Of a DNA stretch of 64,000 nt, positions 35,959 to 45,436 are shown piece by piece. The stretch's first letter is position 1, and every line of letters starts with the position of its first letter. Both the position numbers and the translations under genes were made by a program. The notes below the pieces were generated by a model. The model was not told where the DNA came from and made no database searches. It saw only the letters and a list, made by a program, of their open reading frames with translations. Source of the stretch: Acidimicrobiales bacterium (GTDB lineage Bacteria; Actinomycetota; Acidimicrobiia; Acidimicrobiales; SZUA-35). Where the stretch lies: assembly GCA_965263455.1 (NCBI GenBank), contig CBDHHN010000001.1, forward strand, positions 355,492 to 419,491, read 5' to 3'.

Positions 35959-37796
35959 ATGAACAAGAGACTTCTGATCGCACTGCTGGCGGCGTTCGCC
36001 TTGGTGGCCGCCGCCTGTGGTGGGAGCGACGACGAAGACGCCGACGGCGTCGGGGAGTCGGCTGCCGAGGAGACGGCTGAGGAGTCCGGCTCCGACGACG
36101 CGACGCCGACGCCGACGCCGACGCCGACGACGACACCGCGGCGGGTGGCGAGGCCGGTTCCGGCGGCGAGCTGCTGCTCCTGCAGTGGCAGGCCCCGTCC
36201 CAGGCCAACCCGATGCTGTCCTCGGGCACCAAGGACCTCCTGGCCGGTTCGCTCGTGGTCGAGCCCCTGGCCAAGTTCGATCCGGCCGGTAACCTCGTGC
36301 CCGCTCTGGCGGCCGAGATCCCGACGCTGGAGAACGGCGGCGTGGCCGAGGACTTCAGCTCGATCACCTGGACCCTGCAAGAGGGTGTCGTGTGGTCCGA
36401 CGGTACGCCCTTCACCGCCGACGACGTGCTCTTCACCTTCGAGTACTGCTCGGACGAGCTGACCGGCTGCACCGCCGACCTGACCACCGTCTCGTCGGTC
36501 GAGGTGGTTGACGACCTCACGGTCACCGTGAACTTCAACGACCCCCTCCCCTATCCCTACCTGGACTTCGTCGGCTACACCGAGCCGATCATCCAGCGGG
36601 CCCAGTTCGGCGACTGCGTCGGCGAGGGCGCCAGCGCCTGCACCGACGAGAACTTCGCTCCGGTCGGGACCGGTCCCTTCATGGTCACCGAGCTGAAGCC
36701 CGAGGACACCGTCACCTACGAGTGGAACCCGAACTACCGCGGCGTGAGCGAGGGCAAGCCCTTCTTCGGCACCGTGACCATCAAGGGTGGCGGCGACGCC
36801 GAGTCGGCCGCTCGTTCGGTCCTGGAGATCGGTGAGGCCGACTACGCCTGGAACCTCCAGGTTGCGCCCGAGATCCTGGCCCCGATGGAGGCCGCCGGCA
36901 ACGGTCAGGTCGTCACCTCCTTCACCGCCAACGTCGAGCACATCAACCTGAACCAGACGGACAACCGGGCCGATCCGCCTTCGGAGTACGTCGAGGACGG
37001 CTCGGGCAACAACCCGTTCTTCTTCAACAACTTCGACTTCGCTCAGGCGCTGTCGCTGGCCATCGACCGGGAGTCGCTGGTGGCCGTGGGTTACGGCCCG
37101 ACCGGTACCCCGACCTGCACCATGTGGCCGGTGGGCGACCAGCGGTCGACCAACCAGGACTGGTGCCTCACCCGTGACGTCGACCAGGCCAACCAGATCC
37201 TGGACGACCTGGGCTACCTCGACTCCGATGGCGATGGTGTGCGTGAGTTCACCGACGGCACCCCGCTCGAGTTCGACTACGTGACCTCGACCAACGCCGT
37301 GCGCCAGTCGAACCAGGAGATCATCAAGGCCAACTGGGAGGAGATCGGCGTCGTCGCCAACATGGCGAACGAGGACGCCTCGCTCTTCTTCGACGGCACC
37401 AGCGCCTCCGACGTGTCGATCTGGAAGTTCTTCACCGACATCCAGATGTTCACCAACGGTTCGTCGGCTCCCGACCCCGTCGGCTACTTCGTCAGCTGGA
37501 CCACCGAGGAGATCCCCACCGCCGCCCTCGGGTGGCCGGCCTCGGGCAACATCCCCCGGATGCAGTCGCCCGAGTTCGACGAGGTGTGGACCGAGGCCTC
37601 GCAGACCTCGCCCAGCGATCCCGCCTACCTCGACCTGGTCAAGCAGCTGCAGGACCTGCAGGTCGAGTCCGGCGCCATCATCCCGCTGATCCACCGTGGC
37701 AACGTCTCCGGTATCTCCAACGAGATCCAGGGCTACGGCGACCCCAACGGTTGGGACTCCGAGTACTGGAACATCCAGGACTGGTCCCGGGGCTGA
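35959..37796 (+). pseudogene. ABC family-5 (peptide/nickel/opine) substrate-binding lipoprotein; reading frame interrupted between signal peptide and mature domain
   Basis: ATG 35959 gives MNKRLLIALLAAFALVAAAC (lipobox) in frame 1. The mature SBP body (…GGELLLLQWQAPSQANPMLSSGTKD… to stop 37794-37796) is in frame 0. Frame 0 is closed upstream by TGA 36078-36080 and has no start before ATG 36213. The shift localises to ~36094-36102. Confidence 0.7.
36102..36125. repeat. Hexanucleotide repeat (GACGCC)x4 followed by GACGACGAC in the SBP linker
   Basis: Read directly. Encodes DADADADA in the downstream frame or TPTPTPTP in the upstream frame. Confidence 0.85.
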
Positions 37797-37814
37797 TAGC
37801 CCTCTGACCTGAAC

Positions 37815-37846
37815 GTGTGGGGGCGGCCCTCGGGTCGCCCCCACAC
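37815..37846 (+). terminator. Strong GC-rich stem-loop just after the binding-protein gene (attenuating terminator / mRNA-stabilising hairpin)
   Basis: gtgtgggggcg-gccctcgggt-cgcccccacac: 11-bp perfect stem, 18 nt after the stop. No clear U-tract. Permease genes follow. Confidence 0.55.
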
Positions 37847-37895
37847 CTCGGGTCTCACCAAACCTCGGTAGCGGGAAGGTTCACGCCACAAGATC

Positions 37896-38915
37896 ATGGT
37901 TCGATTCGTCATCCGCCGGGTGTTGTTCGCCCTGCCAACACTGGTCCTGATCAGTCTGATCCTGTTCACGATCCTGGATCGGGCTCCCGGGGACCCCACC
38001 TCGCAGCTACCGCTCACGCTGCCCGCCGAGTTGCGGGAGCAGATCCGAGACTCGCTCGGTGTCAACGACCCCTTCTTCCTGCGCTGGTTGAACTGGGTCC
38101 GGCTCATGTTCATCAACGAGCCGCTTCACGCCTTCGAGCAGGTCACCGGTACCTGCATCGGCGACTGCGAGGGCCGGAACCGGATCATCTCCTGGTCCTC
38201 CCGAGCCCCCGCCCTCGACGTGATCTACCAGCGCCTCCCCCAGACCCTGTGGGTCATGGGCCTCTCGCTCATCTTCGGCATCCTGATCGCCGTCCCCATC
38301 GGCGTCGTGTCCGCCTACCGCCAGTACTCGACCTTCGACAACGTGGGCACGTTCGTCACCATGGTCGGGTTCTCGATGCCGGTCTACTTCTTCGGCCTCA
38401 TCCTGATCTTCCTGTTCAGCGTCACCTTCAAGTGGCTGCCGTCGTTCTACGACACAACCCACGAGGTGAGCCTGACCAGCTGGTCGAGCATCTGGTTCCA
38501 GATCCGCCAGCTCCTGATGCCGGTGGCGGTGCTCACGCTGTTCAACACCGCGTCGTTCGCCCGCTTCACCCGGGCCGCCGTACTCGACAACCTGACCCAG
38601 GACTACGTCCGCACCGCCCGGTCCAAGGGACTCAGCGAGTGGCTGGTGGTCAACCGCCACGTCCTGCGCAACTCGTTGATCCCGGTCGTGACGCTGGCCG
38701 CCCTGTCGATCCCCGGGATCTTCTCCGGTGCGATCATCACCGAGACCGTCTTCCGGATCAACGGGCTTGGTCAGCTACTGTTCCTGTCCATCGGTCAGGG
38801 CGACCTACCGATGGTCCAGACGCTGACCTTCATCTTCGCCTTCCTGACCGTCATGTTCAATCTGGTAGCCGACGTCGTCTACGGACTCCTGGATCCGAGG
38901 ATTCGCTATGACTGA
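37896..38915 (+). CDS. ABC transporter permease (OppB/DppB-like)
   Basis: N-terminus FVIRRVLFALPTLVLISLILF, six hydrophobic segments, conserved loop TARSKGLSEWLVVNRHVLRN. Confidence 0.9.
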   Translation: MVRFVIRRVLFALPTLVLISLILFTILDRAPGDPTSQLPLTLPAELREQIRDSLGVNDPFFLRWLNWVRLMFINEPLHAFEQVTGTCIGDCEGRNRIISWSSRAPALDVIYQRLPQTLWVMGLSLIFGILIAVPIGVVSAYRQYSTFDNVGTFVTMVGFSMPVYFFGLILIFLFSVTFKWLPSFYDTTHEVSLTSWSSIWFQIRQLLMPVAVLTLFNTASFARFTRAAVLDNLTQDYVRTARSKGLSEWLVVNRHVLRNSLIPVVTLAALSIPGIFSGAIITETVFRINGLGQLLFLSIGQGDLPMVQTLTFIFAFLTVMFNLVADVVYGLLDPRIRYD

Positions 38916-39894
38916 TACCGTCCGCGACGAGGCCTCCGACGAGGCCGCCGACCTCAGCCCGGCGACCGCGTCGGCCATGGCCGACGGCATCGACGAGCTG
39001 GACGACCTGGGCGAGTATCGCTCGCTCCGGTCCGATGTGTGGCAGCAGTTCCGTCGCCACAAGGGCGCCATCTTCGGCCTCATCGTGCTCACCATCATCA
39101 CGCTGGGGGCGCTCGTCGGGCCCGAGATCTACCCCCATGACCCGCTCGAACTCGATATCCCCAACGCCAACCAGGGGCCATCGGCCACCCATCCCTTCGG
39201 AACCGACAACCTGGGCCGCGACGTCCTGTCCCGGTCGCTCATCGGGGGCCGGATCTCCCTCGCTGTCGGCTTCGCCGCCATGTTGTTCAGCCTCGTCCTC
39301 GGGGTCCTGGTCGGGATCATGGCCGGGTTCTTCCGGTGGCTCGACTGGCCCCTGATGGCGCTGACCGATCTCTTCATCTCCCTCCCCCAGCTGCCCCTGC
39401 TGCTGGTGACCATCGTGCTGTTCCGCGACACCCTCAAGGACGCGCTGGGCCCCAGCCTCGGGATCTTCTTCCTCGTGGTGTCGATCATCGGGCTGACCAG
39501 CTGGATGCAGACGGCCCGGATCGTGCGGGGCGAGGTGCTGGCACTGCGGGAACAGGACTTCGTCCTCGCCGCCCGCAGCATCGGGACCCGCCAGCGGCGG
39601 ATCCTGAGCCGCCACATCCTGGCCAACGTGCTGAGCCCGGTGACGGTGTCGGCCTCACTCGGTATCGCCGTGGCCATCATCACCGAGTCGGCCCTGTCCT
39701 TCCTGGGCCTGGGCTTCCCCGCCGACTTCCCCACCTGGGGTCGCCTGCTGTCCGACGCCCAGCACTACATGCAGATCAACATCTGGCGGATCCTGCTGCC
39801 GGGCCTGTTCATCTCGCTCACCGTGATCAGCATCAACTTCATCGGTGACGGGCTGCGCGACGCCCTCGACCCTCGGCTGCGTTCCAAGTCGTGA
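38908..39894 (+). CDS. ABC transporter permease (OppC/DppC-like)
   Basis: Start overlaps the upstream gene by 8 nt. HPFGTDNLGRDVLSR motif, AARSIGTRQRRILSRHILAN loop. Confidence 0.9.
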   Translation: MTDTVRDEASDEAADLSPATASAMADGIDELDDLGEYRSLRSDVWQQFRRHKGAIFGLIVLTIITLGALVGPEIYPHDPLELDIPNANQGPSATHPFGTDNLGRDVLSRSLIGGRISLAVGFAAMLFSLVLGVLVGIMAGFFRWLDWPLMALTDLFISLPQLPLLLVTIVLFRDTLKDALGPSLGIFFLVVSIIGLTSWMQTARIVRGEVLALREQDFVLAARSIGTRQRRILSRHILANVLSPVTVSASLGIAVAIITESALSFLGLGFPADFPTWGRLLSDAQHYMQINIWRILLPGLFISLTVISINFIGDGLRDALDPRLRSKS

Positions 39895-39926
39895 CCCGCG
39901 TTGCGGGTCCACGCCTCCCTTAGGCC

Positions 39927-41042
39927 ATGGTCGACATCGAGCGTCGGTTCGTCGGCCTCGATTCGCCCGTGGTGGGCCGGGCCGGCGCCGGCGGCCATCC
40001 GTGCCAGGGGATCTATCACACCCCGGCCGGCTCCTGGCCCACGGTGGCCGCTATCGCCACCCACTACAACGTCGACTTCTCCGAGCACTACCTCGCTCGC
40101 TACCTGGCCGAGCGAGGCATCGGGTTCCTGGGGTGGAACACCCGGTTCCGGGGCAACGAGCAGCTGTTCCTGCTCGATCATGCCCTGGCCGAGATCGGGG
40201 TCGGGGTCCGCTGGCTCCGGGAGGAGGCGGCGGTCGAGACCGTGATCCTGCTCGGCAACTCCGGGGGCGGCTCGCTCATGGCCGCCTACCAGTCCCAGGC
40301 CGTCGAACCCCACCTGGAGCCCGCCCCCGGCGTCCGGCCGCTGGCTGCGGTCCAGGGGCTCCCGCCCGGCGACCTGTTCGTGTTCCTGGCCGCCCATCCG
40401 GGTCGACCCGAGATCTACACCAACTGGCTCGACCCGTCCGTCACCGACGAGAGCGACCCGACGGCGACCGATCCCGCCCTCGACCTGTACCGGAGCGATC
40501 GGGCGGTGCCCCTGGACCCCGAGTTCGTGGCCCGCTACCGGGAGGCTCAGGTGGCCCGGAACCACCGGATCACATCGTGGGCCCTGGAGGAGCTGGAGCG
40601 CTGCGGGGCGGCCGGCGTCCGGGACCGGCTGTTCGTGGTGGCCCGAACCTGGGCCGACCCCCGCTTCGTCGACCCGTCGATCGACGCCAACCGGCGTCGA
40701 CCCAACAGCTGCTACCTGGGCGATCCGGCGAAGGCCAACCGGGCCATCTACGGGGTGGGACTGGTCAACTCGCTCCGGACCTGGCTGTCCATGCTCAGCC
40801 TGGAGCACTCGGCCTGCCGGGCCGGTCCGCACCTGGCCCGCCTCCGGATCCCGACCCTCCTGGTCGAGGCCGATGCCGACAGCGGGGTCTTCCCATCCGA
40901 CGGCGACGCCATCCTGGCCGGCCTGGCGGCGGACGACGTCACCCGGCTCACGCTCCCCGGCGACCACTACTTCCTCGAACCGGTCGGGGGCCGGGATCGC
41001 CTGGCTGACGAGGTGACGGCCTGGCTCCGGGCCCGCACCTGA
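39927..41042 (+). CDS. Alpha/beta-hydrolase fold protein
   Basis: Nucleophile elbow LLGNSGGGS. Late acidic/His region (ADADSGVFP...PGDHYF). Confidence 0.7.
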   Translation: MVDIERRFVGLDSPVVGRAGAGGHPCQGIYHTPAGSWPTVAAIATHYNVDFSEHYLARYLAERGIGFLGWNTRFRGNEQLFLLDHALAEIGVGVRWLREEAAVETVILLGNSGGGSLMAAYQSQAVEPHLEPAPGVRPLAAVQGLPPGDLFVFLAAHPGRPEIYTNWLDPSVTDESDPTATDPALDLYRSDRAVPLDPEFVARYREAQVARNHRITSWALEELERCGAAGVRDRLFVVARTWADPRFVDPSIDANRRRPNSCYLGDPAKANRAIYGVGLVNSLRTWLSMLSLEHSACRAGPHLARLRIPTLLVEADADSGVFPSDGDAILAGLAADDVTRLTLPGDHYFLEPVGGRDRLADEVTAWLRART

Positions 41043-41129
41043 TCCGGTACCGGCGTCGGCCACGGCGCTTGGGACCGCAGCGGCCGGGCCCACTAGCGTG
41101 GAGGGCACCGACGATCGAGGGAGGGCTCG

Positions 41130-41705
41130 ATGGCCACCAACGACGAGTTCGAGTTCCGGGGCGTCAACCACATCGCCCTCGTGAGCAGCGACATGGCCCG
41201 CACCGTGGAGTTCTACTCCGGTGTGCTGGGCATGCCCCTCATCAAGACCCTGGAGATCCCGGGCGGTGGCCAGCACTTCTTCTTCGATTGCGGCAACGGC
41301 GACTCCCTGGCCTTCTTCTGGTTTCCCGGCGCCCCGTCGGCGGCGCCCGGCATCGCGGCCGCCGGCGCCATGCCGGGCCAGGGCGATCTGGCCTCGGCCC
41401 ATGGCTCCATGAACCACCTGGCCCTCGACGTGCCGGCCGACAAGTTCGACCACTACGTCGAGAAGCTGCAGGCCAAGGGTGTCGAGGTCTCGATGGTCCT
41501 CAATCACGACGACAGCGAGACCACGGTGGCCCGTGACCTGCACGACGGGGTGTTCGTCCGCTCGGTCTACTTCCGGGATCCCGATGGCGTGCTGTTGGAG
41601 TTCGCCTGCTGGACCAGGACCTTCGGGCCCGAGGACGCCCTGCATCCCCCGGCCAACGCCGAGGGCGAGCGGGTGACGGTCGAGCCCGCCCCCGTGGCCG
41701 ACTGA
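41130..41705 (+). CDS. VOC-family (glyoxalase/bleomycin resistance/extradiol dioxygenase-like) protein
   Basis: GVNHIALVSSDMARTVEFYSGVLGMP and second half MNHLALDV...YFRDPDGVLLEF. Confidence 0.8.
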   Translation: MATNDEFEFRGVNHIALVSSDMARTVEFYSGVLGMPLIKTLEIPGGGQHFFFDCGNGDSLAFFWFPGAPSAAPGIAAAGAMPGQGDLASAHGSMNHLALDVPADKFDHYVEKLQAKGVEVSMVLNHDDSETTVARDLHDGVFVRSVYFRDPDGVLLEFACWTRTFGPEDALHPPANAEGERVTVEPAPVAD

Positions 41706-41721
41706 TCCCGGGCGACGCCGC

Positions 41722-42102
41722 ATGCGCATCACCCGCATCTACAGCGGCGATGACGGCCGTAGCCACTTCGAGGACCTCGACCTTCCCCTCACCATCTCGG
41801 CCGTGGGGGCGATGTCATCCCCGATTCCCATCAGGTCGATCTTCGTCCGCGACACCTCCGAGGCCGGACCCGAGGTGTGGGACTATCACACCGCCCCCCG
41901 ACGCCAGTTCGCCATCCATCTGGTGGGGCGGACCGAGATCGAGGTCGGCGACGGAACCCGCCGGACGTTCGGACCGGGCGACCTTCTGCTGGCCGACGAC
42001 CTGACCGGTCAGGGCCACATCAGCCGGGAGATCGAGGGGCCCCGTCTGCAGGTGTTCGCCATCGTCGACGACGACGTGGACCTCGACCGCTGGCGAACCT
42101 GA
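41722..42102 (+). CDS. Cupin-domain protein
   Basis: 126 aa. Beta-barrel pattern …YHTAPRRQFAIHLVGRTEIEVGDG…GDLLLADD…GHIS. Confidence 0.55.
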   Translation: MRITRIYSGDDGRSHFEDLDLPLTISAVGAMSSPIPIRSIFVRDTSEAGPEVWDYHTAPRRQFAIHLVGRTEIEVGDGTRRTFGPGDLLLADDLTGQGHISREIEGPRLQVFAIVDDDVDLDRWRT

Positions 42103-42134
42103 GACCGGCCGGCCCGCTCCGGCCCCGGCGCCGC

Positions 42135-44492
42135 TCAGTCGTGGAGGGGGGCCTCGCTGATGGCGATGAGGGCGGCGTTCACGATGCTGTCGGTCGAGAT
42201 GCCGGTCAGCTCGTGAAGGTCGGCCACCGTGCCCGACTCACCGAACCGGTCGACGCCCAGGGTGTACTGGGCCGTGCCCAGGGCGGAGCCCAACCAGGCC
42301 AGGCTGTGGCTGGCGGCGTCGTGGACGCTGACGACCGGTCGGCGCCGCTCGTCCCGGGGGACCAGACGATGCAGCTGGCTGGGGGCCCGTACGATGGCCC
42401 CGGACCGGGTCGATGCGGCGTACCCGGCCCGCCAGCTGCGGTAGACCCGGTCGGGACTGGTGAGGTGGACCACGGTGACCTGGACACCCTCGTGGTCCAG
42501 CTCGGCCGCCGCCGACAGCGCCTCGGGTGCCAGCACCCCGGTGGTGACCACGGTGACCCCCGGTCGCCCGTCGGGGGGTCCGTCCCGCAGCCGGTAGCCA
42601 CCGGCCAGTACGTGTCGTCGGAGCACGTCCTCGCCGTGGCGCTGGAGTGCCTCGGCGAAGGGGGCCTGATCGACGGGCCGGGTCGACAGCCGGAGGTAGG
42701 TGCTGAGCCCGCCCTCGCGACCCAGATCGTGGAGGGCGTCGCACAGGAGCCAGTCGACCTCGGTGGCATAGGCCGGCTCGGCGTAGTGCAGGCCCGGCAG
42801 CTCGGCCCCCACCGACGGGGTGATGGTCGACTGATGGGCTCCTCCCTCGGGAGCCAGGGTGACCCCCGACGGGGTCCCGGCAACGACGAACCGGGCCCCG
42901 TTGTAGAGCCCGTAGACGAAGGCGTCGAGGCCTCGGAGCACGAAGGGGTCGTACACGGTGCCGACCGGCAGTAGCTGCTCGCCGTGGTGCTCGTGGGCCA
43001 GGCCGAGCTGACCCAGCAACATGAACAGGTTCATCTCGCTGATTCCCAGCTCGATGTGTCGACCGCGGGGCGAGGGAGCCCACCGCAGCAGGCGATCGGC
43101 GCCGCCGTGATCGTCCCGCTCCTCGTGGGAGTAGACCCCGGCCTTGTTGATCCAGCCGCCGAGGTTGGTCGAGATCGAGACGTCGGGGGAGGTGGTCACG
43201 ATCCGCTCCCCCACCCCGTCGACGTCGGCCAGTGAGGCCAGGACGCGGCCGAACGCCTCCTGGCTCGAGGTCGCACCGGCCAGGACCGGCGGACGGGCCC
43301 GATCGGGGACCGGGGCCTCGGGCCGGGGCACGGGGCGGGGGTTGTTGATGGCCCCGCCCACGGCGGCACACAACCGCCCCTCGGGCGAGTCGGGGTCGAA
43401 CCGGTCCCATTCCCCCTCCTCGGTGAGTCCCAGGGTGTCCCGGACCTCGTCGAGCTGCGCCGGGCTGAGGAGGGCGGCGTGGTTGAGGGGATCACCGGCG
43501 ATCGGCAGGCCCCAGCCCTTGACGGTGTAGGCGAAGACCACCGAGGGGCGTTCGAGCTCGGCGTCGCAGCGGGCGAAGGTGTCGAGCAGCACGCTCAGGT
43601 CGTGGCCGCCGAGGTCGGTCACCAGCGGCTTGAGGGCCGCATCGTCGTAGCCGTCGACCAGGCGCACCAGGTCCGGGTCGGCACCGGCGCAGAACTTGGC
43701 CCGCAGCTCGGGACCGTCGAGGGCGAACAGCGACTGGTATGCCTCGTTGCTCATCTCGTCGATCCGCCGCCGGAGGACCTCGCCCCCGGGTCGGGCGAAG
43801 GCGGCCGACAGCGCCGAGCCGTACTTGGCTTCGGCCACGTGCCAGCCGGCGTCGGCGAAGAAGCGCTTGAGGCGCTCGGCCGCGATGTCGGGGATGACCC
43901 GGTCGAGGCTCTGGCGATTGAGGTCGACGACCATGGTGAACGACCCCAGTCCCTGGGTCACGGGTTCGGCGATGGCCTCCCACACGTTGCCCTCGTCGAG
44001 TTCGGCGTCGCCGACCAGGGCGATGAAGCGGGCCGGGCGCCGCGTCCCGCGGTGATCGTCCAGGAACCGTCGGGTCAGGGCCGAGAAGAGCGGGGCCACC
44101 GCCCCCAGGCCGACCGAGCCGGTCGAGAAGTCGGCCACGTCGGGGTCCTTGGTCCGCGACGGGTAGGCCTGGAGCCCACCCCGCTGCCGAAGGGTGGTGA
44201 GGTAGGAGCGATCGAGCTCGCCGGTCAGGTACTTGATGGCGTGGTAGACGGGCGAGGCGTGGGGTTTGACCGCCACCTTGTCGGCGCCCCCGATGTGGCC
44301 GAACCACAGGGCGGTCATGATCGACACCATGCTGGCGCACGAGGCCTGGTGACCCCCGACCTTGACCTCGGTGTCGTGGCGCCGGTTGGCGGCGTCGATC
44401 ATCCGGGTCGCCAGCCACAGCACCCGCCGCTCGATGGCCCGAAGGGCGTCGAGGTCCACGTTCTGCTCCGGTTCCCGGTCCGCGTCTGCCAC
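42135..44492 (-). CDS. Thiamine-diphosphate-dependent 2-oxoacid dehydrogenase E1 component, homodimeric AceE-like but short (785 aa)
   Basis: GGHQASCASMVSIMTALWF, GLQAYPS, STGSVGLGAVAPLF, LVGDAELDEGNVWEA, VVDLNRQSLDRVIP and a C-terminal transketolase-like half. No E2/E3 genes adjacent. Confidence 0.8.
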   Translation of the reverse strand: MADADREPEQNVDLDALRAIERRVLWLATRMIDAANRRHDTEVKVGGHQASCASMVSIMTALWFGHIGGADKVAVKPHASPVYHAIKYLTGELDRSYLTTLRQRGGLQAYPSRTKDPDVADFSTGSVGLGAVAPLFSALTRRFLDDHRGTRRPARFIALVGDAELDEGNVWEAIAEPVTQGLGSFTMVVDLNRQSLDRVIPDIAAERLKRFFADAGWHVAEAKYGSALSAAFARPGGEVLRRRIDEMSNEAYQSLFALDGPELRAKFCAGADPDLVRLVDGYDDAALKPLVTDLGGHDLSVLLDTFARCDAELERPSVVFAYTVKGWGLPIAGDPLNHAALLSPAQLDEVRDTLGLTEEGEWDRFDPDSPEGRLCAAVGGAINNPRPVPRPEAPVPDRARPPVLAGATSSQEAFGRVLASLADVDGVGERIVTTSPDVSISTNLGGWINKAGVYSHEERDDHGGADRLLRWAPSPRGRHIELGISEMNLFMLLGQLGLAHEHHGEQLLPVGTVYDPFVLRGLDAFVYGLYNGARFVVAGTPSGVTLAPEGGAHQSTITPSVGAELPGLHYAEPAYATEVDWLLCDALHDLGREGGLSTYLRLSTRPVDQAPFAEALQRHGEDVLRRHVLAGGYRLRDGPPDGRPGVTVVTTGVLAPEALSAAAELDHEGVQVTVVHLTSPDRVYRSWRAGYAASTRSGAIVRAPSQLHRLVPRDERRRPVVSVHDAASHSLAWLGSALGTAQYTLGVDRFGESGTVADLHELTGISTDSIVNAALIAISEAPLHD

Positions 44493-44555
44493 CGCGCCGT
44501 TCTACCACGGGTTCCCACCCCGCCTCGGACCACTGCCCGTTAAGCAGACCTAATA

Positions 44556-44571
44556 AGCGGGATTTCCCGCT
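44556..44571. promoter_or_regulatory. Perfect 16-bp palindrome AGCGGGA-TT-TCCCGCT in the divergent promoter region, 11 nt upstream of the DtxR-family gene start
   Basis: Read directly. Embedded in the only AT-rich patch of the 90-nt intergenic region (ttaagcagacctaataagcgggatttcccgctatgc). Confidence 0.35.
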
Positions 44572-44582
44572 ATGCTTCGTTC

Positions 44583-45257
44583 ATGCCGTACGAGCCGACC
44601 GAGCACCATCCGGCCTTCGAGGAGTACACGGAGACCATCTTCGAACTGGAAGAGGACGGCATCGACGTCATCCAGGCCCGCATCGCCGAACGGCTCGAGG
44701 TGTCGCGGCCGGCGGTGTCGGAGATGATCAAGCGGATGGTCTCCGAAGGCCTGGTGAAGGTCGATGACGCCTCCCGGATCGCTCTCACCGGCGACGGCCG
44801 TTCGCTGGCCACCACCATCGTGCGCCGGCACCGCCTGGCCGAGAGGTTCCTGACCGACGTGCTCCAACTGGGGTGGGCCGACGCCCACCAGGAGGCCGGC
44901 CGCTGGGAGCACGTCATCTCGCCCACCGTCGAGGCGGCCATGATCCGCCTGCTCGACGATCCAACCACCTGCCCCCACGGGAACCCCATCCCGGGTAGCG
45001 GGTACACCCGGCCGGAGTCGGCCCGACCCTTGAGCGAACTCTCGGTCGACGAGGAGTTCACCATCGAGCGCATCCCCGAGGAGCTGGAGTTCCAGGCCGG
45101 CCAACTGGCCTACCTGGAAGGCGCCGGCCTGCTCCCCGGCCGGCTGGCCCGAGTGGTGGCCATGGCCCCCGACGGCACGGCCACGGTCTCGGTCGACGGC
45201 GCGCCCGTCGGCATCAGCGGCTTCGCCGCCGACCGCATCATCGTCAGCAGCCCCTGA
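44583..45257 (+). CDS. DtxR/IdeR/MntR-family metal-dependent transcriptional regulator with C-terminal FeoA/SH3-like domain
   Basis: wHTH RIAERLEVSRPAVSEMIKRMVSEGLV, RRHRLAERFLTDVL helix, CPHGNPIP, C-terminal FeoA-like LLPGRLARVV. Confidence 0.85.
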   Translation: MPYEPTEHHPAFEEYTETIFELEEDGIDVIQARIAERLEVSRPAVSEMIKRMVSEGLVKVDDASRIALTGDGRSLATTIVRRHRLAERFLTDVLQLGWADAHQEAGRWEHVISPTVEAAMIRLLDDPTTCPHGNPIPGSGYTRPESARPLSELSVDEEFTIERIPEELEFQAGQLAYLEGAGLLPGRLARVVAMAPDGTATVSVDGAPVGISGFAADRIIVSSP

Positions 45258-45436
45258 CCCGGGGCCGGCCATCCCTTCTGGCCGCGGCGACCTCGCCTAG
45301 GGCCGCCGGGGGCGGCTGACACCGCGTTTCGGTCGCTTCGACGCGCCCGATCTCAGGAACCTAGTCTGTGTTCGGTTACGGTCGGATCGACAACGGCCGC
45401 ACCGGCCGAGGACGAACACGGACGAGGGAGTGCCAC

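Noticed and set aside
36081-36135. Programmed -1 ribosomal frameshift as the explanation for the split SBP gene
   Set aside because: There is no X XXY YYZ slippery heptamer or obvious downstream pseudoknot at the junction. An indel (real or artefactual) in the repeat-rich linker is the simpler explanation.
39765-41738. 657-aa minus-strand ORF spanning the hydrolase and VOC genes
   Set aside because: Antisense shadow with no motifs. The plus-strand genes have RBSs and recognisable folds.
44535-44553. Classical IdeR/DtxR iron box upstream of the DtxR-family gene
   Set aside because: The best alignment (GCCCGTTAAGCAGACCTAA vs TTAGGTTAGGCTAACCTAA) matches only 12 of 19 positions, mostly in the right half-site. 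That is not convincing.
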